Shown here piece by piece: positions 37,070-46,728 of a DNA stretch of 64,000 nt. The translations under genes and the position numbers were made by a program. Position 1 is the stretch's first letter; every line of letters starts with the position of its first letter. Source of the DNA: an uncultured Alistipes sp. (lineage in GTDB: Bacteria; Bacteroidota; Bacteroidia; Bacteroidales; Rikenellaceae); the NCBI GenBank assembly GCA_910587675.1, contig CAJUMU010000006.1:1741-65740 (forward strand), given 5' to 3'. The notes below the pieces were generated by a model. It was not told the origin of the DNA. It ran no database searches and worked only from the letters and a program-made list of their open reading frames with translations.

Positions 37070-37780
37070 TCAGAAATCGAGCAAACGATATGTCTCCCGC
37101 GTGCGCGGCATCGATATCGGTTCCTGATAGTGCCACCACTCCTTGACGTAAGGGCGGAGTCCCGCGCGCCACATTATTCCGAGCAACAGCTTGCGGTTTT
37201 CCGCCGCGCTCCGACTTATTGCCCCCTCGCGGACGAGGCCGTCGACGAAAGCCTCGTATCCCTCCAGCGTGGTCGTATTGCTCTGCCCCACCCACGCCTC
37301 GCGGCCGAAGTGATCGAAGTCGGCGCCCATATCCAGCGGACGCCCGTCGGCATCGACTATGGTCAGATCGACGGCGACGCCGTAATTATGCCGCCCGCCG
37401 CGCGTGCCGTCGGCCACGTAAGCCTCGTTTCCCGTACCCTCCACAGCCTTGCGCATACGACGCTGCACGCTCAACGGACGCGCGGCATCGTAAACGAGCA
37501 GAGTATAATCGGGCCGCATCTCGTGCAACAGCCTCCGAGCCTCGGCCACCTTGGCGGCGAAGGCGGGCACGAGATAGGCGTTGCGCAACTCGCCGTACAT
37601 GTTTCGGCCGACGAAGTTATCGTCGGTGGCGTATTTGAGTTCGACGCGAATCGCGGGATCCGTCTCGCGAATGTCCACCAGCCCGTAACGCCGCATCTCG
37701 GCATCGAAATCGACCTCCTGCGCCGCGGCGGGCAGCAGGAAAGCCCAACAGAACAAAAACGAAAACGCTATTTTTTCCAT
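37070..37780 (-). CDS. M15 family D-alanyl-D-alanine dipeptidase (VanX/DdpX-like), secreted
   Basis: 236 aa from ATG at 37780 with signal peptide MEKIAFSFLFCWAFLLPAAAQ. Blocks ..VELKYATDDNFVG.., ..LLVYDAARP.., ..HNYGVAVDLT.. Confidence 0.8.
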   Translation of the reverse strand: MEKIAFSFLFCWAFLLPAAAQEVDFDAEMRRYGLVDIRETDPAIRVELKYATDDNFVGRNMYGELRNAYLVPAFAAKVAEARRLLHEMRPDYTLLVYDAARPLSVQRRMRKAVEGTGNEAYVADGTRGGRHNYGVAVDLTIVDADGRPLDMGADFDHFGREAWVGQSNTTTLEGYEAFVDGLVREGAISRSAAENRKLLLGIMWRAGLRPYVKEWWHYQEPISMPRTRETYRLLDF

Positions 37781-38238
37781 GTCGAATAGGGATGTTCCAG
37801 CAGTTGCGAATTGTAGTAACGCTTGTCGCCAGTGACCTCCTCGCCGAGCCACTCGGGGCGCGCGAACTCCTCGTCGGGCGACGACAACTCCACCTCGGCC
37901 ATCGCGAGGCCCTCGTTCGCGCCGAAAAACTCGTCGACCTCGAACGTATGGCGGCCCGCAGGCACGAGATACCGCCGCTTCTCGATGGTTCCGTCGCCGT
38001 GGGAGAGCAGTTCGCAGGCGTCGGCGAGGGGTATTTCATACTCCCACTCGTCGCGCGACACGCCCGCCGCGTCGGTGCGCCCCTTCACGGTGAGATACCC
38101 CCGCTCGTCGCGGATGCGGACACGGAACGTGAGCGACGGAGTGCGCCCGATATAGCCCTGCACGATGTGCGACGACGAGGCCGCGTCCCGCTTGTAATCC
38201 CCCGCGACGAGGAATTTGCGTTCTATTTCCTTGGCCAT
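37768..38238 (-). CDS. CYTH domain-containing protein (CyaB/triphosphatase-like)
   Basis: 156 aa. N-terminal EIERKFLV (ExExK) signature. Confidence 0.85.
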   Translation of the reverse strand: MAKEIERKFLVAGDYKRDAASSSHIVQGYIGRTPSLTFRVRIRDERGYLTVKGRTDAAGVSRDEWEYEIPLADACELLSHGDGTIEKRRYLVPAGRHTFEVDEFFGANEGLAMAEVELSSPDEEFARPEWLGEEVTGDKRYYNSQLLEHPYSTWKK

Positions 38239-38266
38239 GAATACTCGGTTTTACGTGCAAAATTAC

Positions 38267-38274
38267 TATATTTG
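38267..38274 (+). promoter_or_regulatory. Candidate -7 box TATATTTG upstream of the GH76 gene
   Basis: TAnnTTTG match 31 nt before the ATG at 38305. Confidence 0.35.
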
Positions 38275-38304
38275 CGCTGATTTTGTCAAAAAAACCGACT
38301 TCGT

Positions 38305-39531
38305 ATGAATAATATGACACTATTGCGTCCTTTCGTGTTCGCGGCGGCATGCGCGGCGTTCTTCACGCTCAGCGGATGCGGCTCCGACAATGCGGAACTG
38401 AATCGCGCCCGCAACATGAAAAAGACGATCTATTCGCTCTACCGCGTCGACGACTCGCCGCTGCTGGCCGAGAACTATCCGCGCGACACCTCGGCCCGCG
38501 CCACCTATCTGGCCGAGGGTGCCGATCAAAGCGTCAACGAATACTCCTATCTGTGGCCCTACTCGGGCACGCTGTCGATGATGTCGGCGTTGTACGACGC
38601 CGCGGGCGACGAGAGCGATCTGGAGTTCATCGACCATGTGGTGGTGGAGGGACTCGACCGCTATTACGATACCTCGCGCGAGCCGTACGCCTATTCGTCC
38701 TACATCACGGCCGATCGGTCGGACCGTTTCTATGACGACAACATCTGGCTCGCGATAGACTTCACCGACCTCTACATCGCCACGGGCAACCCCGACTACC
38801 TCGCCTATGCGCGAGATATATGGCGGTTCGTCATGAGCGGCCGCGACGACGTTTTGGGCGACGGAATATATTGGTGCGAGCAGAAGAAGGGCTCGAAAAA
38901 CGCCTGCTCGAACGCTCCCGCAGCGGTATGCGCGCTCAAGCTCTACAAGGCCACGGGCGAGGAGGAGTTCCTGCGCACGGGCCGCGAGCTTTACGAATGG
39001 ACCTACACGACGCTTCGCGACGCGGAGGATAACCTCTACTTCGACAACAAGTCGCTCGACGGCCGCATATCGCGCGCCAAATACTCCTACAACAGCGGAC
39101 AGATGATAGAGGCGGGCGTGCTGCTCTACTCCATCACCGGCGAAGACCGTTTCCTGCGCGAGGCGCAGGCCACGGCGCGCGGCTGTTACGACAAGTGGTT
39201 CAAGGAGGTGCGCGACGGCGAGAACACACTGCACATCATGGAGTCGGGCGACGTATGGTTCGACGCCGTGATGTTGCGCGGGCTGATAGCGCTCTATCGC
39301 GCCGACGGCGATGGTCGGTACGTGAGCGCGGTGCGCGCCACGCTCGATTACGCATGGCGCAACGGCCGCGACGCCGACGGTCTGTTCGGCAAGTTCCTCT
39401 CGCGCGACGACAGCGCCGACGATAAGGGGGGGGGTAACCGCCGCGGCCGCCGCAAAGCGAAACGCCGCTGGCTGCTCACTCAGGCCGCATACGCCGAAAT
39501 GTCGGCCCGCATGGCCAAGGTGGATTTGTAA
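38305..39531 (+). CDS. Glycoside hydrolase family 76 (alpha-1,6-mannanase-like) lipoprotein
   Basis: 408 aa. Lipobox-like ..FFTLSGCGS... GH76 blocks ..YLWPYSGTLS.., ..YDDNIWLAIDF.., ..GIYWCEQ... Contains a G9 tract (39426-39434) and a basic KGGGNRRGRRKAKRR insert near the C-terminus. Confidence 0.8.
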   Translation: MNNMTLLRPFVFAAACAAFFTLSGCGSDNAELNRARNMKKTIYSLYRVDDSPLLAENYPRDTSARATYLAEGADQSVNEYSYLWPYSGTLSMMSALYDAAGDESDLEFIDHVVVEGLDRYYDTSREPYAYSSYITADRSDRFYDDNIWLAIDFTDLYIATGNPDYLAYARDIWRFVMSGRDDVLGDGIYWCEQKKGSKNACSNAPAAVCALKLYKATGEEEFLRTGRELYEWTYTTLRDAEDNLYFDNKSLDGRISRAKYSYNSGQMIEAGVLLYSITGEDRFLREAQATARGCYDKWFKEVRDGENTLHIMESGDVWFDAVMLRGLIALYRADGDGRYVSAVRATLDYAWRNGRDADGLFGKFLSRDDSADDKGGGNRRGRRKAKRRWLLTQAAYAEMSARMAKVDL

Positions 39532-39626
39532 ACGGGGCCGAATCGGTTCGTTCCGTTCGCCGACGGCCGCGCGAAGCGAATCACCGACCTCGCCGAGCGA
39601 TGTCGATAATTATACAGAAATTCTTT

Positions 39627-41039
39627 ATGGCAAGAAAACGAGGCAATTACCCCTTTATCGAGGGATTGGAGATAACGACTCTGGCGGCCGAGGGCAAGGC
39701 TATGGGCCGATACGACGAGCAAGTGGTGTTCGTTCCGATGACCGTCCCGGGCGACGTGGTCGACGTACAGATACGCAACAAACGCCGACGCTTCATGGAG
39801 GGCGTGGCGGTCAATTTCGTGAAGCGTTCGCCGCTGCGCGAGGAGCCTTTCTGCCCCCACTTCGGGGTGTGCGGAGGTTGCAAATGGCAAAACCTTCCCT
39901 ACTCGGAACAGTTGAAATTCAAGACCGAGCAGGTGCGCGACCAACTGACCCGCATCGGCAAGATCGAGCTGCCCGAGGTGCGCCCGTGTCTGGGCTCGGC
40001 GAAACAGACCTTCTACCGCAACAAATTGGAGTTCACCTTCGCCGACAAACGCTGGCTCACGTACGAGGAGATCGCGGCGGGCGGCGACATCGAACGCGCT
40101 CCCGCGCTGGGATTCCACATCCCCAACTGCTTCGACAAGGTGCTCGACATCGACCTGTGCTATCTGCAACGCGACCCGTCGAACGCCATCCGCACCGAGA
40201 CGAAACGTTTCTGCCTCGAGCGCGGCTACACGTTCCACAACGCCCGCGAACACGCGGGACTGATGCGCAACATGATAATCCGCACCTCGTCGACGGGCGA
40301 GATAATGGTTATCGTGGTCTTCAACGCCGACGACCGCGAACGCATCGCGGCCTTGCTGGAGCATCTCGCCGAGCGTTTCCCCGAAATAACGTCGCTCTTC
40401 TATGTGGTCAACACCAAGTGGAACGACTCGACGGGCGACCTCACCCCCGTATGCTTCAAGGGCAAGGACCACATAGTCGAGCGAATGGAGGATCTGCAAT
40501 TCAAGGTGGGACCCAAATCGTTCTACCAGACCAACTCCGAGCAGGCGTACGAATTATATAAGGTGACGCGCGATTTCGCCGATCTGACGGGTCGCGAAGT
40601 GCTTTACGACCTCTACACGGGCACGGGCACCATCGCCAACTTCTGCGCGCGCCGCGCCGCCAAGGTGGTGGGCGTGGAGTACGTTCCCGAAGCGATCGAG
40701 GACGCCAAGGTCAACTCGGCGCTGAACGGCATCGACAACACCTCGTTCTATGCGGGCGACATGAAAGACGTGTTGAGCGACGAATTCATCGCGCGCAACG
40801 GACGCCCCGACGTGATTATCCTCGACCCGCCGCGCGCGGGCGTCGACGAACGGGTTCTCGACGTCATACTGCGCGCCGCGCCCGACCGCATCGTATATGT
40901 AAGCTGCAATCCCGCCACGCAGGCACGCGATTTGTCGTTGCTCGACGGCATGTATCGCGTCGAAGCCGTGCAGCCCGTGGATATGTTCCCCCACACCCAC
41001 CATGTCGAGAATGTGGTGAAGCTCGTGCGGCGGGCGTAG
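39627..41039 (+). CDS. rlmD: 23S rRNA (uracil(1939)-C(5))-methyltransferase RlmD
   Basis: TRAM domain, Fe-S Cys cluster CPHFGVCGGCKWQ, SAM fold ..DLYTGTGTI.., ..DPPRAG.. and catalytic ..YVSCNPAT... ATG at 39627 preferred over 39600. Confidence 0.9.
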   Translation: MARKRGNYPFIEGLEITTLAAEGKAMGRYDEQVVFVPMTVPGDVVDVQIRNKRRRFMEGVAVNFVKRSPLREEPFCPHFGVCGGCKWQNLPYSEQLKFKTEQVRDQLTRIGKIELPEVRPCLGSAKQTFYRNKLEFTFADKRWLTYEEIAAGGDIERAPALGFHIPNCFDKVLDIDLCYLQRDPSNAIRTETKRFCLERGYTFHNAREHAGLMRNMIIRTSSTGEIMVIVVFNADDRERIAALLEHLAERFPEITSLFYVVNTKWNDSTGDLTPVCFKGKDHIVERMEDLQFKVGPKSFYQTNSEQAYELYKVTRDFADLTGREVLYDLYTGTGTIANFCARRAAKVVGVEYVPEAIEDAKVNSALNGIDNTSFYAGDMKDVLSDEFIARNGRPDVIILDPPRAGVDERVLDVILRAAPDRIVYVSCNPATQARDLSLLDGMYRVEAVQPVDMFPHTHHVENVVKLVRRA

Positions 41040-41061
41040 TATCGCCGTCAGTCGGATTGCG

Positions 41062-41156
41062 GTTCGCCGACGGCGGCAGGAATGCGCGAGCCTCGCGCGA
41101 GCAGCAGTCCGCCGCGTGGGGCGGCGGCGAACTGCCGACATCGCCTCGCGATGTCG
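41062..41156 (+). repeat. GC-rich intergenic element family A, copy 3
   Basis: GTTCGCCGACGGCGGCAGG..GCAGTCCGCCGCGTGGGGCGGCGGCGAACTGCCGACAT, then hairpin CGACATCGC-CTC-GCGATGTCG. Starts 22 nt after the rlmD stop. Confidence 0.85.
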
Positions 41157-41273
41157 ATTTATTCGAGTACAAACGTAAAAAAATCTTTCTCGACGACGCA
41201 AGATTCGGCGAAAACGGGATTTAACAGGTAAAGAGCCGATCGCAAGATCGGCGATAACATAAAAATCGAGACT

Positions 41274-41978
41274 ATGAAAAAATTGCTTTTGGCGGCCTTC
41301 GCCGCAGCTGCGCTGGCTTTGTCGGCCACGGCGCAGGAGTTGGGCGAGACGATCCCCACCGTCACGGTGAACGGATCGGCGCAAATGAAGATCACGCCCG
41401 ACGTGCTTTATCTCAACATCACGCTCGACGAGAGCGACACCAAAGGCAAGGTGTCCTTGGAGGAGCAGCGTCGCAACATGTTCTCGGCGCTGAAAAAGAG
41501 CGGCATCGACGCCGAAAAGCAGCTGCGCGTGCTCGACATGTCGAGTTCGTTCTTCCGCAAGCGCGGATCGCTTTCGTCGTCGAAATACGAGCTCAAGGTA
41601 GGCTCGGCCGCCGAAGCCCGCAAGGTTTTCGAGGCGTTGGACGCCAACGGCATACCCAACGTGCAGATCGTGCGCGCCACCAACTCGAAACTCGACGAGT
41701 ATCGCGATCAGGTACGCGCCGAGGCCATGCGCAACGCGCAGTCGCGCGCACGCCAGCTGGCCGAAGCCGTGGGACAGAGCATAGGCATGTGTTACGAGAT
41801 CACCGACTACACGACCAACGTGCAGCCCGTGACGTTCCGCGCGATGGGCGTGATGAAAAACTCGGTCACGATGGATGCCGAAGCGGGCATGGCCGACGAG
41901 TACGAACCCGACGTGGAGTTCGAGCAGATAGTGCTCAACTATAACGTGACGGCCAAGTTCATCCTGAACAGAAAATAA
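41274..41978 (+). CDS. SIMPL (DUF541) domain-containing periplasmic protein
   Basis: 234 aa. Signal peptide MKKLLLAAFAAAALALSATA and SIMPL-like pattern (..VNGSAQMKITPD.., ..A..A..A..LA.A.G..). Confidence 0.75.
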   Translation: MKKLLLAAFAAAALALSATAQELGETIPTVTVNGSAQMKITPDVLYLNITLDESDTKGKVSLEEQRRNMFSALKKSGIDAEKQLRVLDMSSSFFRKRGSLSSSKYELKVGSAAEARKVFEALDANGIPNVQIVRATNSKLDEYRDQVRAEAMRNAQSRARQLAEAVGQSIGMCYEITDYTTNVQPVTFRAMGVMKNSVTMDAEAGMADEYEPDVEFEQIVLNYNVTAKFILNRK

Positions 41979-41998
41979 CGCCGCCGATCGCCGCACGA

Positions 41999-42033
41999 AA
42001 AATGCCGAGAGTCATGCTCTCGGCATTTTTTAC
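41999..42033 (+). terminator. Rho-independent terminator after the SIMPL gene
   Basis: Stem ATGCCGAGAG / CTCTCGGCAT, then TTTTTT. Confidence 0.75.
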
Positions 42034-42162
42034 GGACTGTCCATTTTAGGTATGTAACACAATTGCGGCTCGTTAGAGCCGCGCGGACCGCAGCCTCCCG
42101 CTCGCGGAGGCCCGCAACTCGTTTCACTCGTCCGCGTTCTCCGCAGGCTGCTGCCCGAACGA

Positions 42163-42200
42163 CAAAAAACCGCCCCGTCGAACCACTTTCCGACGGGGCG
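42163..42200 (-). terminator. Rho-independent terminator after rubredoxin
   Basis: Stem CGCCCCGTCG / CGACGGGGCG, with a T-run on the minus strand (plus-strand AAAAAA at 42164-42169). Confidence 0.7.
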
Positions 42201-42224
42201 TAACCGTGAAGCCTGACGCGGGCG

Positions 42225-42386
42225 TCAACCCACCTTCTCGAACTGGTCTTTGCCGACTCCGCAAACGGGACATACCCAATCGTCGGGAATATCCTCGAAT
42301 GCCGTTCCCGCAGCCACCCCGCTCTCGGGATCGCCCACGGCGGGATCGTACACCCAATCGCAAACCGTGCATCTGTACTTTTCCAT
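42225..42386 (-). CDS. Rubredoxin
   Basis: 53 aa from ATG at 42386: [33 protein letters not shown], with the two CxxC knuckles. The longer upstream ORF extension was rejected. Confidence 0.9.
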   Translation of the reverse strand: MEKYRCTVCDWVYDPAVGDPESGVAAGTAFEDIPDDWVCPVCGVGKDQFEKVG

Positions 42387-42493
42387 AATTGTCGTTTTAG
42401 CGTGTTTTACCGCCGCACAAACCTTGCGGCAACCGAATGCCATACAAAATCGGTACAACTCCGCACGCGGCGCACAAACGGAACATATTCCCG

Positions 42494-42534
42494 TCCGAAA
42501 ACGACGAAGACGGCCGCCCGAGGCGACCGTCTTC
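42494..42534 (-). terminator. Possible terminator after rnfA
   Basis: Stem GAAGACGG (42506-42513) / CCGTCTTC (42527-42534), followed on the minus strand by GTCGTTTTCGG. Confidence 0.45.
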
Positions 42535-42555
42535 ACAAACCTTGAAGACCGAGAG

Positions 42556-43134
42556 CTATACCAGCCCCGAGAATCCCATAAAGGCCATGGCCAATATCGC
42601 GGCCGTGATGAGCGCGACGGGCGTCCCCTTCAGCGCGGCGGGCACTCCGTCCAGCTCCAAACGCTCGCGGATACCCGCGAAGATCACCAGCGCGAGACCG
42701 AATCCCACTGCCGTCGCCACCGAATAGGTGAAGCTCTGCAACAGATCGAACTCCTTTTGGATCATGAGTATCGCCACGCCCAACACCGCGCAGTTGGTGG
42801 TGATGAGGGGCAGGAATATACCCAACGCCTGATAGAGCGACGGCGACACCTTCTTCAGAATGATCTCCACCATCTGCACCAAGGCCGCGATGACCAAAAT
42901 GAAGACGATGGTCTGCATGTACTCTATTTGCAGAGGCACGAGTATGTAGGTCTGAATGCACCACGCGACGATCGACGCCAAAGCCATTACGAACGTTACG
43001 GCGGCAGACATACCCAGCGAAGTATCCACCTTGGACGACACGCCCAAGAAGGGGCAGATACCCAAGAACTGTGCGAGAACGACGTTATTGACGAATATCG
43101 CACCTATGATGATTGCAAAATACGAAAGCTCCAT
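42556..43134 (-). CDS. rnfA: Rnf electron transport complex subunit A
   Basis: 192 aa. ..[18 protein letters not shown].. RnfA/NqrE-type signature. Confidence 0.9.
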   Translation of the reverse strand: MELSYFAIIIGAIFVNNVVLAQFLGICPFLGVSSKVDTSLGMSAAVTFVMALASIVAWCIQTYILVPLQIEYMQTIVFILVIAALVQMVEIILKKVSPSLYQALGIFLPLITTNCAVLGVAILMIQKEFDLLQSFTYSVATAVGFGLALVIFAGIRERLELDGVPAALKGTPVALITAAILAMAFMGFSGLV

Positions 43135-43136
43135 AA

Positions 43137-43721
43137 CTATTTCTTGGCAAATTTGTTAAACAATATCATCAAATATCCGAGCACGAAGAATCCGCCCGGA
43201 GCGAGCACGAACACCAACGGCGTGTAGTCGCCTATTCCTAACGGCATGTCGAATATCGCGCCGCTGCCCAGCACCTCACGCACCGCGCCGATCACCGTGA
43301 GCGAGAGCGTGAAGCCCAGACCGATGCCCACGCCGTCGAGGATCGAATCCAGAGGGCCGTTCTTCGAGGCGAACGCCTCCGCACGGCCCAGAATGATGCA
43401 GTTCACCACGATGAGCGGGATGAACACGCCCAGCGAAGCGTACAGAGCGGGCACGAAAGCCTGCATGAGCATCTGAATGATGGTCACGAACGACGCTATG
43501 ACCACGATGAACGCTGGAATGCGCACCTTGTCGGGGATGAAGTTCTTGATAAGCGAAATCACCAGATTCGACATTATCAACACCGCCATCGTCGCCACGC
43601 CCATACCGCAGCCGTTTATGGCCGAGGTGGTCGTACCCAGCGTGGGACACATGCCCAGTATCAGCACGAAAGTGGGGTTCTCGCGGACGATACCCTTCAA
43701 TATAATCTGCAACTTATTCAT
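43137..43721 (-). CDS. rnfE: Rnf electron transport complex subunit E
   Basis: ..[18 protein letters not shown].. RnfE/NqrD-type signature. ATG at 43721 preferred; alternative at 43745. Confidence 0.9.
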   Translation of the reverse strand: MNKLQIILKGIVRENPTFVLILGMCPTLGTTTSAINGCGMGVATMAVLIMSNLVISLIKNFIPDKVRIPAFIVVIASFVTIIQMLMQAFVPALYASLGVFIPLIVVNCIILGRAEAFASKNGPLDSILDGVGIGLGFTLSLTVIGAVREVLGSGAIFDMPLGIGDYTPLVFVLAPGGFFVLGYLMILFNKFAKK

Positions 43722-44343
43722 CTTTACCTCCTTTCCATGAATCATCGTCTCCGTTCGTCGCGCCCGTCACGCCGTCGGCCGAACCTTTGCCGCTCACCGA
43801 GGCGAAAGCCGCGTAAGCGCGGGCCACCGCGTCGACATAGGCGCGCGACGAGATCGTGGCGGCCGTCAGGGCGTCCACGTCGCCGCCGTCCTTCTTCACC
43901 TTGAGTTTCATATCGGCGGGGTTCTTACCCTGCACGCTGCCGATCAACGCGTTGCCCTCGTCGCACATCTTGGTGCCCAAACCCGGGGTCTCGCTCTGCT
44001 CCAGCACGTTCACGTTCAGCACCTCGCCCTCGGGCGAAAAACCGACCATCATGCGTATCGCGCCGCCGAAGCCCATCTTCGTCATGCTCTCCACGGCATA
44101 ACCCGCGACCTCGTCGCCCGCAACGGCGGTGTAGACCTTCACGGGAATCTCGTCGACGGTAAGTTCGGTCATCTCGCTTCGGTCGAACTCGGGCAGCACG
44201 TTCTTCACCGCCTGCGTCACCGCCAGCTTCTTGGCCTCGGCGATAGCGTCGGCCGTAATCATATTCACGCCGCCCACGCCGGCAGAAGCTACCAGCGTAA
44301 TGGTAAACAGGACGGCAACCATATTAAAAAGTGTGCTTTTCAT
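43714..44343 (-). CDS. rnfG: Rnf electron transport complex subunit G (FMN-binding)
   Basis: 209 aa. N-terminal TM and FMN-attachment region ..DALTAATISSRA.. Confidence 0.85.
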   Translation of the reverse strand: MKSTLFNMVAVLFTITLVASAGVGGVNMITADAIAEAKKLAVTQAVKNVLPEFDRSEMTELTVDEIPVKVYTAVAGDEVAGYAVESMTKMGFGGAIRMMVGFSPEGEVLNVNVLEQSETPGLGTKMCDEGNALIGSVQGKNPADMKLKVKKDGGDVDALTAATISSRAYVDAVARAYAAFASVSGKGSADGVTGATNGDDDSWKGGKDE

Positions 44344-44355
44344 CTTCGTGTCCTC

Positions 44356-45336
44356 CTATTTTTTGGCAGTTGTCAAACCGAAACGCTTGGGCTTCACATA
44401 TCGATTGATGAGCGGAGCCACCGAGTTCATCAAAAGTATGGCGAACGACATGCCCTCGGGATATGCTCCCCACAGTCGGATCACCATAGTGATTACGCCG
44501 ATTCCAGCACCATATATGAGCATGCCTTTGTACGTCATGGGCGAGGTGACGTAATCGGTCGCCATGTAGATGGCTCCGAGCAGCGCGCCGCCCGCCAGCA
44601 GATGGAACGCGGGCAGCTCGTAGAGCATCGCGCCGCCGCCGTTAAGCAGCGCGACCGCGAATGCGAACACGGCCATCGAGCCGAGCACCGCCACAGGAAT
44701 GTGCCACGTTATGACCTTGCGCCACAACAGATATATGCCGCCCACGATAAGAGCCGCGGCCGCTATCTCGCCGAGCGAACCCGACACCGCTCCGCCGAAC
44801 ATGTTCAGCAGATCGGCATCCTCCACCGACACGGCGCCCGATTTCACCGCCGCCAAAGGCGTCGCGCCCGAGAAGGCGTCGGAATAGCCCTCGACGGTGG
44901 GCGCCGAGAACGAAGTCATCTGCACGGGATAGGCTATGAGCAGAAACACGCGGCCCACCAACGCGGGGTTGAAGGGGTTGCGGCCCAATCCGCCGAAAGT
45001 CATCTTGGCCACGCCGATCGCCACGGCCGAGCCTATGACCACTATCCACCACGGAATCGAGGCGGGCAGGTTGAACGCCAGCAGCAAACCCGTCACCGCC
45101 GCCGAGAGGTTCGACACGGTAGGCTCGCCGCCGAGCAGAAATTTCTGTATGAGGAACTCTATCACGACGCAGCTGACCACAGCTATGGCCGATACCGTCA
45201 GCACGTCCGTGCCGTACACCCAAGTCGATACCGCCAACGCGGGCAGCAGCGCAACGAGCACGTCCCGCATCAACGATCGCGTCGACTGCGAACCATGCAC
45301 ATGGGGCGACGGAGCAACGAAAAATTTATTTGCCAT
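44356..45336 (-). CDS. rnfD: Rnf electron transport complex subunit D
   Basis: 326 aa. ..APSPHVH.. N-terminus, ..SGATPL.. and polytopic RnfD/NqrB pattern. Confidence 0.9.
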   Translation of the reverse strand: MANKFFVAPSPHVHGSQSTRSLMRDVLVALLPALAVSTWVYGTDVLTVSAIAVVSCVVIEFLIQKFLLGGEPTVSNLSAAVTGLLLAFNLPASIPWWIVVIGSAVAIGVAKMTFGGLGRNPFNPALVGRVFLLIAYPVQMTSFSAPTVEGYSDAFSGATPLAAVKSGAVSVEDADLLNMFGGAVSGSLGEIAAAALIVGGIYLLWRKVITWHIPVAVLGSMAVFAFAVALLNGGGAMLYELPAFHLLAGGALLGAIYMATDYVTSPMTYKGMLIYGAGIGVITMVIRLWGAYPEGMSFAILLMNSVAPLINRYVKPKRFGLTTAKK

Positions 45337-45362
45337 GATTTATAATCTCTTCTGTTTATACT

Positions 45363-46718
45363 CTACTTTTTGGGGGCGTTGGCCGCGGCGCGTGCGCGGA
45401 TGATTCCCATAACGGTCTGCTTGCCCAGACGTATGTGGTCCAGCAGAGGTATTCCCGCAGGACACGAGTACTGGCAGCAACCGCACTCTATGCAGTCGGT
45501 GATGCGCTCGCCTTCGACGCTCTCCCACATCTTCTTGCGCGACATCTTCGAGATGAGGTAGGGCTCCAGACCCATGGGGCACGCGCCCACGCACTTCGCG
45601 CACTTGATGCAGGGCGACTCCTGCACGCGTCGCGCCTCGACGCCGCTCAGCACCGTGATGCCCGAGCAACCCTTCGTGACGGGCGAATCGAGATTCACCA
45701 TCGCGCGACCCATCATCGGACCGCCGTTCACCACCTTCACGTCGCCCTCGGGCAGACCGCCCGCCTTCTCGATGAGCTTGGCGACGGGAGTGCCCATGCG
45801 TGCGAGCAGGTTGCGCGGCTCGCTCACGCTCTTGCCCGTCACGGTTACGACGCGCTCGATCAACGGCTTGTTCTTCTGCACCGCCTCGTAAACCGCCACC
45901 GCGGTAGACGCGTTGCACACAACAGCACCCACGTGTATGGGCAGCCCGGGCGGAGGAGGCACCTGACGGCCCGTAACGGCCGCGATCAACTGCTTCTCGC
46001 CGCCCTGCGGATACTGCACCTTCAAAGGCTCCACCCCGACGGCGAAACTCTTATCGGCGATGAGCGCGCGCAGATGCGCTATCGCGTCGGGTTTGTTGTT
46101 CTCGATGCCGATGACGGCCTTGTCGACGCCCAGAGCGCGCTTCAGAATCTCGACGCCCACCAGCAGCTCCTCGCCGCGCTCCAGCATGGTGCGGTGGTCG
46201 GAGGTGAGGTAGGGTTCGCACTCCACGCCGTTTATTATAAGGTACTCGGCCTTGCAGCCCGGGGGTATCGACAGCTTCACGTGCGTGGGGAACGTCGCGC
46301 CGCCCATGCCGACGATGCCCGCATCCTTGATCTTGGCGATGATGGCCGCAGGATCGAGCGCGCATTCGCGCTTGATCTCGGGCGTACGGTCGATCTCGGG
46401 CATCCACTCGTCGCCCTCGCGTTTGATGGTAATCATCATCTGGCGCAGCCCCTGACCGTTGGGAACCATGTCCACAGCCGTCACAGTACCCGATACGGGA
46501 GAGTGGATATTGGCCGACATGAAGCTCGACGCCTCGGCGATGAGCTGGCCCGTGAGCACCTTGTCGCCCTTGGCCACCTTGGCCGCGGCGGGTGCGCCGA
46601 TGTGCTGTCCGAGCGGAATATTGACGACATCGGGAAGCTCCGCGACCTCTATGGCACGGCCGCAGCTCCATTTTTTATTATCCGACGGATGGACTCCGCC
46701 TATCGGAAATGTCTTCAT
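45363..46718 (-). CDS. rnfC: Rnf electron transport complex subunit C
   Basis: MKTFPIGGVHP.. N-terminus, ..GMGGATFPTHVK.., two ferredoxin-type clusters CIKCAKCVGACP and CIECGCCQYSCP. ATG at 46718. Confidence 0.9.
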   Translation of the reverse strand: MKTFPIGGVHPSDNKKWSCGRAIEVAELPDVVNIPLGQHIGAPAAAKVAKGDKVLTGQLIAEASSFMSANIHSPVSGTVTAVDMVPNGQGLRQMMITIKREGDEWMPEIDRTPEIKRECALDPAAIIAKIKDAGIVGMGGATFPTHVKLSIPPGCKAEYLIINGVECEPYLTSDHRTMLERGEELLVGVEILKRALGVDKAVIGIENNKPDAIAHLRALIADKSFAVGVEPLKVQYPQGGEKQLIAAVTGRQVPPPPGLPIHVGAVVCNASTAVAVYEAVQKNKPLIERVVTVTGKSVSEPRNLLARMGTPVAKLIEKAGGLPEGDVKVVNGGPMMGRAMVNLDSPVTKGCSGITVLSGVEARRVQESPCIKCAKCVGACPMGLEPYLISKMSRKKMWESVEGERITDCIECGCCQYSCPAGIPLLDHIRLGKQTVMGIIRARAAANAPKK

Positions 46719-46728
46719 AACACGTATC

